A stretch of DNA of 64,000 nt from positions 23,776-87,775 of the forward strand of contig JAUHWY010000005.1 in assembly GCA_030427255.1 (NCBI GenBank). Reading direction: 5' to 3'. The position numbers and the translations under genes are program-made. Source of the stretch: Bacteroidia bacterium. Lineage in GTDB: Bacteria; Bacteroidota; Bacteroidia; CAIKAF01. The notes below the pieces were generated by a model that did no database searches, was not told the DNA's origin, and worked only from the letters and a program-made list of their open reading frames with translations. Of the stretch, positions 38,040 through 47,105 are shown piece by piece (the stretch's first letter is position 1; the number at the start of each line of letters is the position of its first letter).

Positions 38040-38944
38040 ATCAAAAACTTATGAAACCACGCGTGGTAAAAATTTCTAAAGATCGGTCCATAGGAGATGG
38101 GCAACCGTCCTACGTTATTGCCGAAATCGGCATCAATCATAATGGCGAAGTATCCATTGCCAAAAAACTCATTGATGCTGCCGTTGATGCCGGATGCGAT
38201 GCCGTTAAGTTTCAAAAGCGAACACCGGAAATTTGCGTTCCAAGAGACCAATGGGAAAAAGAAAGAGATACTCCTTGGGGCAAAATGACCTATATAGATT
38301 ATAAAAAGCGCATTGAATTCGAACGGGATGAATTTTCCGAAATCGACGCTTACTGTAAATCCAAAGGCATCGATTGGTTTGCTTCTTGTTGGGACGAGCC
38401 CTCAGTAGATTTCATGGAGCAATTTGAGCCGGTGATGTACAAAATGGCAAGTGCAAGCCTTACGGACCTGCCACTGTTGAGCAAGGTGCGGAGTACCGGT
38501 AGACCTTTAATGCTCAGCACGGGCATGAGTACCACCCACGAAATTGAGGTGGCAGTAAAGCATGTGGGTTTGGATAATCTAATGATTGCGCATTCTACCT
38601 CTGCCTATCCTTGCCCTCCTGAGGAGTTAAACCTACGCATGATCCACACCCTTATGGAGAAATACCCCGGTATTCCCATCGGGTATTCAGGACATGAAAC
38701 CGGCTTGGCTACCACCCAGGCTGCTGTGGCAATGGGCGCTTCGTTTGTAGAGCGTCACTTTACTTTAGATCGCGCCATGTGGGGCACCGACCATGCCGCA
38801 TCGGTAGAGCCTGCCGGAATGGCTCGTTTGGTACGCAACATTCGCGATATTGAACTTGCCATGGGAGATGGCGTTAAGAAGGTATACGATAGCGAAATTG
38901 AGCCAAGAAAGCGCTTACGTCGCGTGAGTCTCGACAACGAATAA
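38036..38944 (+). CDS. NeuB-family sialic/nonulosonic acid synthase-like protein (short, no C-terminal SAF domain)
   Basis: 302 aa. SYVIAEIGINHNG...AVKFQKR TIM-barrel N-terminal motifs of the NeuB/PseI/LegI family. Ends before the usual antifreeze-like SAF domain. Confidence 0.65.
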   Translation: MNQKLMKPRVVKISKDRSIGDGQPSYVIAEIGINHNGEVSIAKKLIDAAVDAGCDAVKFQKRTPEICVPRDQWEKERDTPWGKMTYIDYKKRIEFERDEFSEIDAYCKSKGIDWFASCWDEPSVDFMEQFEPVMYKMASASLTDLPLLSKVRSTGRPLMLSTGMSTTHEIEVAVKHVGLDNLMIAHSTSAYPCPPEELNLRMIHTLMEKYPGIPIGYSGHETGLATTQAAVAMGASFVERHFTLDRAMWGTDHAASVEPAGMARLVRNIRDIELAMGDGVKKVYDSEIEPRKRLRRVSLDNE

Positions 38945-38975
38945 ACTTATATAGCCATAGCGGCGTTACTAAGGC

Positions 38976-40010
38976 ATGTTGGAGAGCTTAAAGTCCATTG
39001 AGTGGAGCTTGGAACTCGTTGGCACCTTAATTATTATGGGTGCGGCCGTATTGTTTGTGGTATTGGAGCGCTTGTTTCCTTATACCAAAGGCATCAGTGT
39101 TTTTAGACGTGGAGCGTGGATTGATTTTGTTTGGTACACGCTTATTCAAAGTTTCTTTCTCAAGATTCTGATATTTGACTGGATTATTGCTCCTCTGGAG
39201 CATGCTACTGGCGTGGCTGAGAGCGGCTATATAAGCCATTGGCCGCTTTGGGCCATTGTGCTGTTTTTTGTGGTTACCCATGACTTTTATATTTATTGGT
39301 TTCACCGATTTCAACACAGCAACAAGTGGTTTTGGCGCACGCACGAAGCACACCATTCGGTAGAACACGTAGATTGGTTGGCCGGGTCCAGGTCTCATAT
39401 GGTAGAAATTCTCATCAATCAAACCATTGAGTTTTTGCCCATCTTTTTCCTTTTGGATGTGGAAACGGCAGCCATAGTGGTACCCATTAAAGCACTTATT
39501 GATGCGCTTTGGGGTCAGTTTATTCACGCCAATATTCGGGTAAAGCTGGGGACCTTGGGCTACTTAATCAATGGTCCTGAATTGCATCAATGGCACCATG
39601 CCGATCACCCGGAAGTGTACCATAAAAACTTTGGGACGAAGCTGGCCATTTGGGATTGGGTGTTTGGGACGGCTTATTTACCAAACCACCGGCCCCAACG
39701 CTTTGGGGTGTGGTACCGTTTTCCCAGAGGCTGGTTCGAGCAACACGTTTTTTCGGTGTACCGATTTCATGTAGGACAGTTTGAAAGCTCCCCTTTTGGC
39801 CATGCCCTAGTCAATTTACGCAACCGCATATTGAATGGTTTGGGTCGCCTATTTCCAAAAGCTGTGCGCAACTTTTTATTCCCTCATGGTCCTTTGGGCA
39901 GTGAAGAAGCTTTTGGTCCTAAACCGGAGCTTTTTGACCGAAAAGCCGGAGTAAAGCCTAATCGGGTTTCGTCGGTTGCCAAGGACAATACCTACCTTAG
40001 TCCCCAGTGA
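38976..40010 (+). CDS. sterol desaturase / fatty-acid hydroxylase family membrane protein
   Basis: Histidine boxes HDFYIYWFHRFQH and HEAHHS. Multiple TM helices. Confidence 0.7.
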   Translation: MLESLKSIEWSLELVGTLIIMGAAVLFVVLERLFPYTKGISVFRRGAWIDFVWYTLIQSFFLKILIFDWIIAPLEHATGVAESGYISHWPLWAIVLFFVVTHDFYIYWFHRFQHSNKWFWRTHEAHHSVEHVDWLAGSRSHMVEILINQTIEFLPIFFLLDVETAAIVVPIKALIDALWGQFIHANIRVKLGTLGYLINGPELHQWHHADHPEVYHKNFGTKLAIWDWVFGTAYLPNHRPQRFGVWYRFPRGWFEQHVFSVYRFHVGQFESSPFGHALVNLRNRILNGLGRLFPKAVRNFLFPHGPLGSEEAFGPKPELFDRKAGVKPNRVSSVAKDNTYLSPQ

Positions 40011-40441
40011 CTTTATCGGCGTTTTATATTGTAGTTGCTGCTTTGTTTCAAACCGGTTGGCTCTTGGCAACCAAAGCCTTAAACAAAGATGCGTTAAAGA
40101 ATGCCTTCCGATCCGGAACGCACCTTAAAGCACGTTGGCGCGGAATATGGCCCCCCTTGGCCTACTTAGGCACAGGCATTGGCAATATCGCCTTTTTGAC
40201 TTTATCTATGGAACATTTGCCGTCTTCGGTGGTATATGCCATGTGGACAGGGGTCGTTATGTTATTTGCAGCAGGAACAGACCGGTTATTATTCAACAAA
40301 CGGTTCAACCGCAAACAGTACATCTATTTAGCTATGGTATTGGCAGGAGCTGCCGGATTAAACTTTTTAAGCAAAAGCAATGGCGAAGAGGGTGTCAAAA
40401 AATTCCCTCAAGAAACTTCGCAATCCAACGTGCAACAGTAA
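40007..40441 (+). CDS. SMR/DMT-family small membrane transporter subunit A
   Basis: 4 TM helices. LPSSVVYAMWTGVVM resembles the SMR signature. 4-bp overlap with the preceding gene. Confidence 0.5.
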   Translation: MTLSAFYIVVAALFQTGWLLATKALNKDALKNAFRSGTHLKARWRGIWPPLAYLGTGIGNIAFLTLSMEHLPSSVVYAMWTGVVMLFAAGTDRLLFNKRFNRKQYIYLAMVLAGAAGLNFLSKSNGEEGVKKFPQETSQSNVQQ

Positions 40442-40442
40442 A

Positions 40443-40826
40443 ATGGCTTGGCTCTACCTTATATTGGCTTCGGTAATGGAAACGGCTTGGTTTATGTGCA
40501 TCCGAGCCTTGAGGGAGGTGGATTTTGGAGCCCTCAAGCAAGGGCGTATTGAAGATTTTGTAGGGGATGGTTGGGCCTTGGTGGCTTTGGTAGGATATGG
40601 AGTATTTGGTGTTTTGAATGCCTGGTTTTTATTTAAAGCCATGAAACACATTCCCTCTTCAACGGCTTTTGGGGTTTGGACCGGACTGGCACTAGCAGAA
40701 ATAACCTTGGTGGATGCATGGTGGCTAAATTTGCCACTTAGCCTTGGCCACTATGCTTGCATGGGCTTGCTCCTTTGGGGTGTTTTGGGGTTAAAACAAC
40801 AAGATAAAGCCGGCTCAGGTAACTAA
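40443..40826 (+). CDS. SMR/DMT-family small membrane transporter subunit B
   Basis: Start placed at MAWLYLILASVMETAWF (Glu at position 13, like EmrE E14). IPSSTAFGVWTGLAL motif. Paired with the preceding gene. Confidence 0.5.
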   Translation: MAWLYLILASVMETAWFMCIRALREVDFGALKQGRIEDFVGDGWALVALVGYGVFGVLNAWFLFKAMKHIPSSTAFGVWTGLALAEITLVDAWWLNLPLSLGHYACMGLLLWGVLGLKQQDKAGSGN

Positions 40827-40886
40827 AGTCACAGGGAGGCCGGGAAGTCGGCCAAAGCCCTTACATTTGTAAAAACCGCTTAGATT

Positions 40887-42515
40887 ATGTCTCTAGGATT
40901 TAGTCGGGTATATCCCGCATACAACGAACCCATTCATAGTTACGGCCCCGGAAGTGAGGAGCGTGCCAAACTGCAAGCCAAGTTAGAAGAGATGCGGCAG
41001 CAGCAGGTAGACGTTCCCATGTATATTGGGGGAAAGGAAATCCGCACAGGAAACAAAAAAGTACTTAGCTGTCCACACGACCACCAGCATGTGTTGGGTC
41101 ATTTCCATGAAGGAGATGCCGGCCATGTGCAACAGGCCATTGATGCAGCACTGGAAGCTCGTGAAAAATGGTCCAAGTTGCCTTGGGAAGACCGTGCATC
41201 GGTATTCCTAAAAGCAGCAGATCTGTTGGCCGGTCCCTACCGGGACGTGCTCAATGCTGCTACCATGTTAGGACAGTCCAAAAATGCCTTTCAAGCGGAA
41301 ATAGACAGCGCTTGCGAGCTTATTGATTTTTGGAGGTTTAATGTTTCCTACATGGAGGAAATATACAGCCAGCAGCCCAACAGCTCCAAAGGGGTTTGGA
41401 ATAGACTGGAGCAAAGGCCACTGGAAGGCTTTGTATTTGCACTTACTCCCTTTAATTTCACCGCAATTGCCGGAAATTTACCCACAGCTCCTGCCATGAT
41501 GGGTAATGTGGCTGTTTGGAAGCCCGCCAACAGCCAAATTTATGCCGCAAGAGTTATCATGGAAATCCTCATGGAGGCCGGCTTGCCTGACGGTGTAATT
41601 AATTTGATTTACGTTAGCGGTCCTGTGGCAGGCGATGTAATTTTTAACCACCGAGACTTTGCAGGTATCCACTTCACTGGCTCCACCGGAACCTTTCAAC
41701 ACATTTGGAAGACCATTGGCGCCAATATTGAAAAATACAGGAGCTATCCACGCATCGTAGGCGAAACCGGTGGAAAAGACTTTGTTTTTGCACACCCTTC
41801 GGCCAATGCCGATATCCTAATCACCGGTTTATCGCGTGGAGCTTTTGAATTCCAAGGACAAAAATGTTCCGCTGCATCGCGCGCATACATCCCCGAAAGC
41901 CTTTGGCCAACGGTAAAAGCCGGTTTGCTTCGCGATTTAGCAAGCTTTAAAATGGGGGGCACCGAAGACTTTAGCAATTTTATAAATGCGGTAATAGACG
42001 AAAAAGCATTTGATAGCATTACCGGATACATTGAGAAAGCGCGAGGTCTGTCTTCTAACGAAATCATTGCCGGAGGAGGTTACGACAAATCCAAAGGATA
42101 TTTTGTGGAGCCTACGGTTATCCTAACCAAAGACCCGCAGAGCATAACCATGGAAGAAGAGATTTTTGGTCCGGTGCTCACCGTATACGTATATCCGGAC
42201 CAAGAGGTAGAATCCACGCTTGACTTGGTCAATAGCACATCGCCCTATGCTTTAACAGGTGCTATTTTTGCCAAGGATAGGCATACCATTCAACACTTAA
42301 CCGAGCGCTTAAGAGATGCGGCCGGGAACTTCTATATCAACGACAAACCCACCGGTGCCGTGGTAGGACAACAGCCTTTTGGTGGAGCCAGAGCTTCCGG
42401 AACCAACGATAAGGCCGGTTCTATGATAAACCTTCTTCGCTGGGTAAGTCCAAGAACTATTAAAGAAACCTTTGTAGCACCCACAGACTACAGATATCCT
42501 TTCTTAGAAGAGTAA
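40887..42515 (+). CDS. pruA: L-glutamate gamma-semialdehyde (1-pyrroline-5-carboxylate) dehydrogenase
   Basis: 542 aa aldehyde dehydrogenase. VGETGGKDF. Catalytic FEFQGQKCSAASR. Confidence 0.88.
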   Translation: MSLGFSRVYPAYNEPIHSYGPGSEERAKLQAKLEEMRQQQVDVPMYIGGKEIRTGNKKVLSCPHDHQHVLGHFHEGDAGHVQQAIDAALEAREKWSKLPWEDRASVFLKAADLLAGPYRDVLNAATMLGQSKNAFQAEIDSACELIDFWRFNVSYMEEIYSQQPNSSKGVWNRLEQRPLEGFVFALTPFNFTAIAGNLPTAPAMMGNVAVWKPANSQIYAARVIMEILMEAGLPDGVINLIYVSGPVAGDVIFNHRDFAGIHFTGSTGTFQHIWKTIGANIEKYRSYPRIVGETGGKDFVFAHPSANADILITGLSRGAFEFQGQKCSAASRAYIPESLWPTVKAGLLRDLASFKMGGTEDFSNFINAVIDEKAFDSITGYIEKARGLSSNEIIAGGGYDKSKGYFVEPTVILTKDPQSITMEEEIFGPVLTVYVYPDQEVESTLDLVNSTSPYALTGAIFAKDRHTIQHLTERLRDAAGNFYINDKPTGAVVGQQPFGGARASGTNDKAGSMINLLRWVSPRTIKETFVAPTDYRYPFLEE

Positions 42516-42574
42516 TGCTGTTTATTTGAACAATGAAAAAGACCTACCTAGTGTGGGTCTTTTTTTTTTGCACA

Positions 42575-42890
42575 ACAATGCTCATTCACCATTCATCATT
42601 TACCACTCATCATTCATCACTTTCCATTCATCATTCATCATTCACCATTTATCATTCATCATTCCGGCCCGGATGCTGTGAAAAGCCCGGAAAACCAAGC
42701 CTTAGGGCAGTGTGGGAAGCGGAGGCGGAGCGCAGCAAGCCCCCGCAAGCCCCACTGCCCTTAGGCTTGGTTTGAGGACTTGAAGCAAGCAGCCGGAAAT
42801 GCCGGCCAAAAACCATTCTTCACCATCCCTCCCTTCATCATTTATCATTCATCATTTATCATTCATCATTCACCATTCATTTTTCCCGCT
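42575..42890. repeat. composite repeat: CATCATT-type minisatellite fragments flanking GC-rich hairpin element copy D
   Basis: 42665-42810 is near-identical to 35200-35350 and has a perfect 18-bp stem (ccaagccttagggcagtg/cactgcccttaggcttgg). Flanked on both sides by tcatcattcaccatttatcattcatcatt-type repeats. Confidence 0.85.
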
Positions 42891-42962
42891 TTCCAACCCT
42901 AGCTGTTAACAACAATATGGAAGCATTATTCATAAAAAAGCTGCTATGCGTATTTTTATGGG

Positions 42963-43274
42963 GTGAAAAAGATGGCATGGATAAAGCACCCTTGGCTAAG
43001 GAACCGATATGTTTGGACCGGTTTGGCCTTTGTTGTGTACATGTTGTTTTTTGACAGCAACCATTTACTTAGTCTCTACGATCTTAAATCCAGGCAAGAG
43101 GCCTTGAAAAAGGATGAACTTTGGTACAGGGAAAAAATTGAGGATATTCAGCGCAAGCTTAAAGAACTCAACAGCAACGAAGATCAATTAGAAAAGTTTG
43201 CGCGAGAAAGCTACCAAATGAAACGCGACGACGAAGAGGTTTTTGTTTTGGTAGACAGAAGCACCTTGGAGTAA
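42963..43274 (+). CDS. septum formation initiator (FtsB/DivIC-like) family protein
   Basis: 103 aa. Single N-terminal TM helix followed by a coiled-coil (LKSRQEALKKDELWYREKIEDIQRKLKELN). Confidence 0.65.
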   Translation: MKKMAWIKHPWLRNRYVWTGLAFVVYMLFFDSNHLLSLYDLKSRQEALKKDELWYREKIEDIQRKLKELNSNEDQLEKFARESYQMKRDDEEVFVLVDRSTLE

Positions 43275-44078
43275 TCAGCGTATGATTTGAGCATTTTCGA
43301 AGTGGTACTTTCCGTTTGAGCTTGACCAAACAACGGCAATAAAGCGAAGGCTTCCGGAAGCCCATTTCGAGTCTTTTGCAATGGTTAGGTCAAGTTTAAA
43401 GCTTTGTCCCCTATTGCCATTATCGGGACTAACTTCAAAGCCAAACGCATTACTTCCTCCGGCAGCACGCAACACATAAAGGTGCGTATGATTGGGTCCA
43501 ATTCCTTCTTGAGGTGAGGACACCTGATCTTGAACAACCCAAACATTAGCTAAAAGTGTCCCCTCCACTTCTTCATGTAAATATCCTCGCAGGGTAAACG
43601 AAAGCTCTTCTCCTTCGTCTTGGTTTCGAACTCCCTGCATGCCAATTCTGGCGGTTCGGTCAGATTCGGTACTTATGGCTTCCGAAAGCTCTGCTGCGGT
43701 ATTTAGACCGGAGGAGTTGGCTACAGCAAATGAGGGAATGGATTGCACGTTGAGGCCGGACTGCAAATTAACCCCTGCAGCACTAAACAAACTATCTTGG
43801 CTTAAAGCATATACGGCTACAGGAATATATCCGTCAGCTTGGTTGGCATAAGATTGAAAAATGGGAAAAGAAAAGGTGCCGCAAGAAGCACAATTAGAAG
43901 CAGTAAAGAAGAAAAGGGGGAACATACGGCTTTGGTCAGGATAACTGCAGCTTCCATCGTCTTCTCCTGCGTTTGGGTCATAGCTTATGGAGTTCGGGTC
44001 AGTGCAGCCCTTTTCCTCTCCACAGCCGGGAGCTAGCATACTTAATCCAAAAACAAACCAAACCAAGTATTTCACCAT
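43275..44078 (-). CDS. hypothetical lipoprotein
   Basis: Start placed at MVKYLVWFVFGLSMLAPGCGE (lipobox). The longer ORF extends to 44162. Confidence 0.4.
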   Translation of the reverse strand: MVKYLVWFVFGLSMLAPGCGEEKGCTDPNSISYDPNAGEDDGSCSYPDQSRMFPLFFFTASNCASCGTFSFPIFQSYANQADGYIPVAVYALSQDSLFSAAGVNLQSGLNVQSIPSFAVANSSGLNTAAELSEAISTESDRTARIGMQGVRNQDEGEELSFTLRGYLHEEVEGTLLANVWVVQDQVSSPQEGIGPNHTHLYVLRAAGGSNAFGFEVSPDNGNRGQSFKLDLTIAKDSKWASGSLRFIAVVWSSSNGKYHFENAQIIR

Positions 44079-44197
44079 TATTACAATATACAATTTCCAT
44101 TCAAAATATAAGGCTCTATAAAGGATTTTTCTTTTCAAAAAAACCTGCAAAGGGGAGCTCATTATGCCCGCATCTAATAAAACCTGTATATTCGCTT

Positions 44198-45754
44198 ATG
44201 CCTCCTAAGCAACGTATGCCGTGGCCCAAGCTTTTGGTTGGAACGCTTTACTTGTTGGCCATTGGCTTTGCTGCGCTTCATTTTGAGCCCGGCATATATG
44301 CCTCCAATCTATTGGCCGGTTTATCCGATGGGCTTCCTTTAGGTGACCTTATCAAAAAGTCCGGAGAAGAAGGTACCGGCTTTTTGTGGGTCTTGCTTCT
44401 TTTTCTGCTTAAAAGCTTGGGACTAACCATTCATGGCATCCTTTATGTTCAGGCTTTTCTTGCACTTATTTTTGGTTGGGTAATTCTAAAGAAACAAAAA
44501 CCGGGACTTTTTCAGCAAACCCTACTTCTATGCAGCCCGGGTGTTTTGATTTACTGGGCTTGGCTCAGCCCCTTACCCTTATTGGGCTTGGCTTGGACTG
44601 CCGGTTTTTACTTTTGGCGCAAATCGCCGGGCTTGAGCATTCTTGCTTTAGCCTTTGCCGCCGGCCTTTCGTTTATAGGCGCTTTGGCCTCGGGAATGGT
44701 TATGCTCTTGCTCATGGCAGATTACTTTATTGGACTAAGTGCTGGTAAAACCAAGCCCTTTACCTATGGCCTAGGTTTTCTTTCCATAGCGGCTTTTGTT
44801 TGGGTTAGTGTTTCTGTAATTCTTTTGAGTCCAAATTACAACCACGAGCAGCTAAGTGCTATGAATCAAGGGCATTTAATCTATGGCCTTAAGCAATTGG
44901 CCAACGGCATATACCCAATGGCCATGCCCGAAGTAGGTTTCGATATTGTATGGATGCAACCCAACCTAAACCTTTTTTTCATTCTCTCTTTAATTCTTCT
45001 TATTCCCCTAAGCATTATTGAGTGTAAAGGAAAGATATTTGCCCTTTTGGCTGTTGGTGGCACGCTACTTCTTTCTCTTTTTCTGTCTCCCTATATTGCT
45101 TACAGTCAAATGCCTGAACGCGCATCTGCCTTATCTGTTTTTTGGATTTGTGCTATACTTTGGCAAGATTCTGCCCAACCCTTGTTGGGAAAAACAAAAG
45201 CTTGGTGGCAATGGCTCGAAAACAAAAGCCGGATTTTTCGCTATGCACTTTTAGCTCCACTCGCATTTTCAGGAATTTGGTTAAGCTATAATGCCGCTAA
45301 AACAACGTATAGCCCAGCCAAGGAATTATCGGCTTGGGTGCAAGACAGGTCCAATGCAAAACAAACCGTAATGGTTTGGCCTCAGCAGCATGCCTCCTTG
45401 TTAGCCGTAAGGTTGAATCGACCGGTTTGGTCACCCGGACGAGGCAATCTTATTTGGCACCGAGACCCACATCGACAACCTGCGGACATACCAGAAGAAG
45501 AACTCTTGAAGCGGCTTAATGCCGATCCTAAAATTCAAGAAGAGGAGGGCTGCCTCTTAATTACCCAAGTTTTACTTAACGAGCATCAGGTAGACGCAGG
45601 TGGCATCGTCTATGCCGACCAAAGCATTTACATACGGTATTTGAGGAATTGGGCCTATGGAAAAGGTCTCCAAGAAACGCTCTATGCGGCCTATTCGGTG
45701 CAACCCAATCCAGGAGGCTACATTAAATACAGAGAGCCTGCCTCCGGTCGTTAA
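44198..45754 (+). CDS. polytopic membrane protein of unknown function (possible glycan/polymerase-type)
   Basis: At least 10 predicted TM helices. Start placed at MPPKQRMPWPKLL. The upstream part of the ORF overlaps the preceding gene. Confidence 0.45.
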   Translation: MPPKQRMPWPKLLVGTLYLLAIGFAALHFEPGIYASNLLAGLSDGLPLGDLIKKSGEEGTGFLWVLLLFLLKSLGLTIHGILYVQAFLALIFGWVILKKQKPGLFQQTLLLCSPGVLIYWAWLSPLPLLGLAWTAGFYFWRKSPGLSILALAFAAGLSFIGALASGMVMLLLMADYFIGLSAGKTKPFTYGLGFLSIAAFVWVSVSVILLSPNYNHEQLSAMNQGHLIYGLKQLANGIYPMAMPEVGFDIVWMQPNLNLFFILSLILLIPLSIIECKGKIFALLAVGGTLLLSLFLSPYIAYSQMPERASALSVFWICAILWQDSAQPLLGKTKAWWQWLENKSRIFRYALLAPLAFSGIWLSYNAAKTTYSPAKELSAWVQDRSNAKQTVMVWPQQHASLLAVRLNRPVWSPGRGNLIWHRDPHRQPADIPEEELLKRLNADPKIQEEEGCLLITQVLLNEHQVDAGGIVYADQSIYIRYLRNWAYGKGLQETLYAAYSVQPNPGGYIKYREPASGR

Positions 45755-45817
45755 CGACAGGTAAAGCCCGATTAAGGCATATACCTAAACCGAATCAAGG
45801 CCTGCACCTATTTTTGG

Positions 45818-47104
45818 CTACCAAGAAATAATGACCTGCCCGTGTCCGGTTTGAAAGCCGGGGGTATTGGTTTGGTTGGTGCCGCTGTTGTAGGAACCGC
45901 CCCCACCACCACCGTAATAATAAGTGGTACCGCCGGCGCCACCACCTGAGTATCCTCCTCCGGCACCTGCCGCATGACCTGCGTTACCGCAGCAATTGGC
46001 ACCGCCGCCGCCACCGCCGCCATAGCCGCCATTTCCTCCATAGTTTGTTGCATTCTTCCCGCCCGGGTTTTGGACAATAGAAAGCCAGCCCTTACCACCT
46101 GCACTTCCTCCGAATCCGTCTTGGCCGTTTGACCCTCCAGGGGCATCATTGAACTGATCATGGCTACGTGAACCGCCGCCGGTATTGGTAGTAACTCCAT
46201 CTTTGCCATAATAATGTGGCGCTCCATTATTGGTTAGTGAAGAGGCTCCACCTCCTCCGGCTGCAATCAGCGGCTGTGCCGTTTGCCCCTGCACCCAAAC
46301 AAAGCTGCCGCCGCCGCCGCCGCCACCGCCATTGGCTGTGTTTCCGCTTGTAGCATCGTTGCCCTTTTGACCCACAATAATTTGCAAGACTTGGCCGCCC
46401 TGGACATTAAAGGTTCCCTGCATGCGGGCACCTTGGCCACCCAAATCTTGAGAAACCAAGCCAAAATTATCGCCTCCTTGTGCTCCACGGCAATCTATAG
46501 AAATGCTACTGACACAGGCAGGAACAGTCCAATTTTGGATACTCCCTGTGTAATTGAAGGTTTGACTTCCCGAGGGGCAATTGATTATCGTAAAGCTCAA
46601 GCTGGAGGAGTCACTACAGCCTTGGGAATCAGTTACCACTAGACTTACTTGATAGGTTCCGGTTTGGGTCCAAGTAACCGAAGGGTTGGCCGAAGAAGAG
46701 GATGCCGGCGTTCCCGAAGCAAAAGTCCAGGCATAGGAAGCCGCTCCGGGAACGGATTGAAAACTTACCGAACTATTGACACTGCCTTGACTAACTCCGG
46801 GAGTAATCGTGGGGTCTGGTGTGGTGTTGCAATTGCAGGCTACGGCTCTCCATCCTGTAGGGAAATAGGTTTCTTGGCACTCCGTGTCGGTATTGTAAAT
46901 TTGCAAGCCCCGAGTTGGGTTGGCAATGGCATTGCGCTGTGCACTGGTAAGCCGCGGTAAAAGCAGTCCTCCTTGTGTACTTCTAACTTCCAACATAGCA
47001 TCTGAACTGGGTTGTCCGGGCGTATCACTAATTAATACCCCTTGAGCAAACCCTTGGCTTGCAAACAGCAAAAGAGCAATCCCTAAAAATCTGTCAATCA
47101 ACAT
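45818..47104 (-). CDS. secreted protein: conserved N-terminal module + PKD-like domain + C-terminal glycine-rich (ALK-like Gly_rich) domain
   Basis: 428 aa. AQGVLISDTPGQPSSDAMLEVRSTQGGLLLPRLTSAQRNAIANPTRGLQIYN...AVACNC. ...WTVPACVSSISIDCRGAQGG...IIVGQKG...LIAAGGGG...GHGQVIISW. Confidence 0.75.
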   Translation of the reverse strand: MLIDRFLGIALLLFASQGFAQGVLISDTPGQPSSDAMLEVRSTQGGLLLPRLTSAQRNAIANPTRGLQIYNTDTECQETYFPTGWRAVACNCNTTPDPTITPGVSQGSVNSSVSFQSVPGAASYAWTFASGTPASSSSANPSVTWTQTGTYQVSLVVTDSQGCSDSSSLSFTIINCPSGSQTFNYTGSIQNWTVPACVSSISIDCRGAQGGDNFGLVSQDLGGQGARMQGTFNVQGGQVLQIIVGQKGNDATSGNTANGGGGGGGGSFVWVQGQTAQPLIAAGGGGASSLTNNGAPHYYGKDGVTTNTGGGSRSHDQFNDAPGGSNGQDGFGGSAGGKGWLSIVQNPGGKNATNYGGNGGYGGGGGGGANCCGNAGHAAGAGGGYSGGGAGGTTYYYGGGGGGSYNSGTNQTNTPGFQTGHGQVIISW

Positions 47105-47105
47105 A

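Noticed and set aside
42533-42775. 80-aa ORF after pruA (MKKTYLVWVFFF...HHSS repeats)
   Set aside because: Lies entirely within the CATCATT minisatellite and GC hairpin element, and begins inside the pruA terminator hairpin/T-run.
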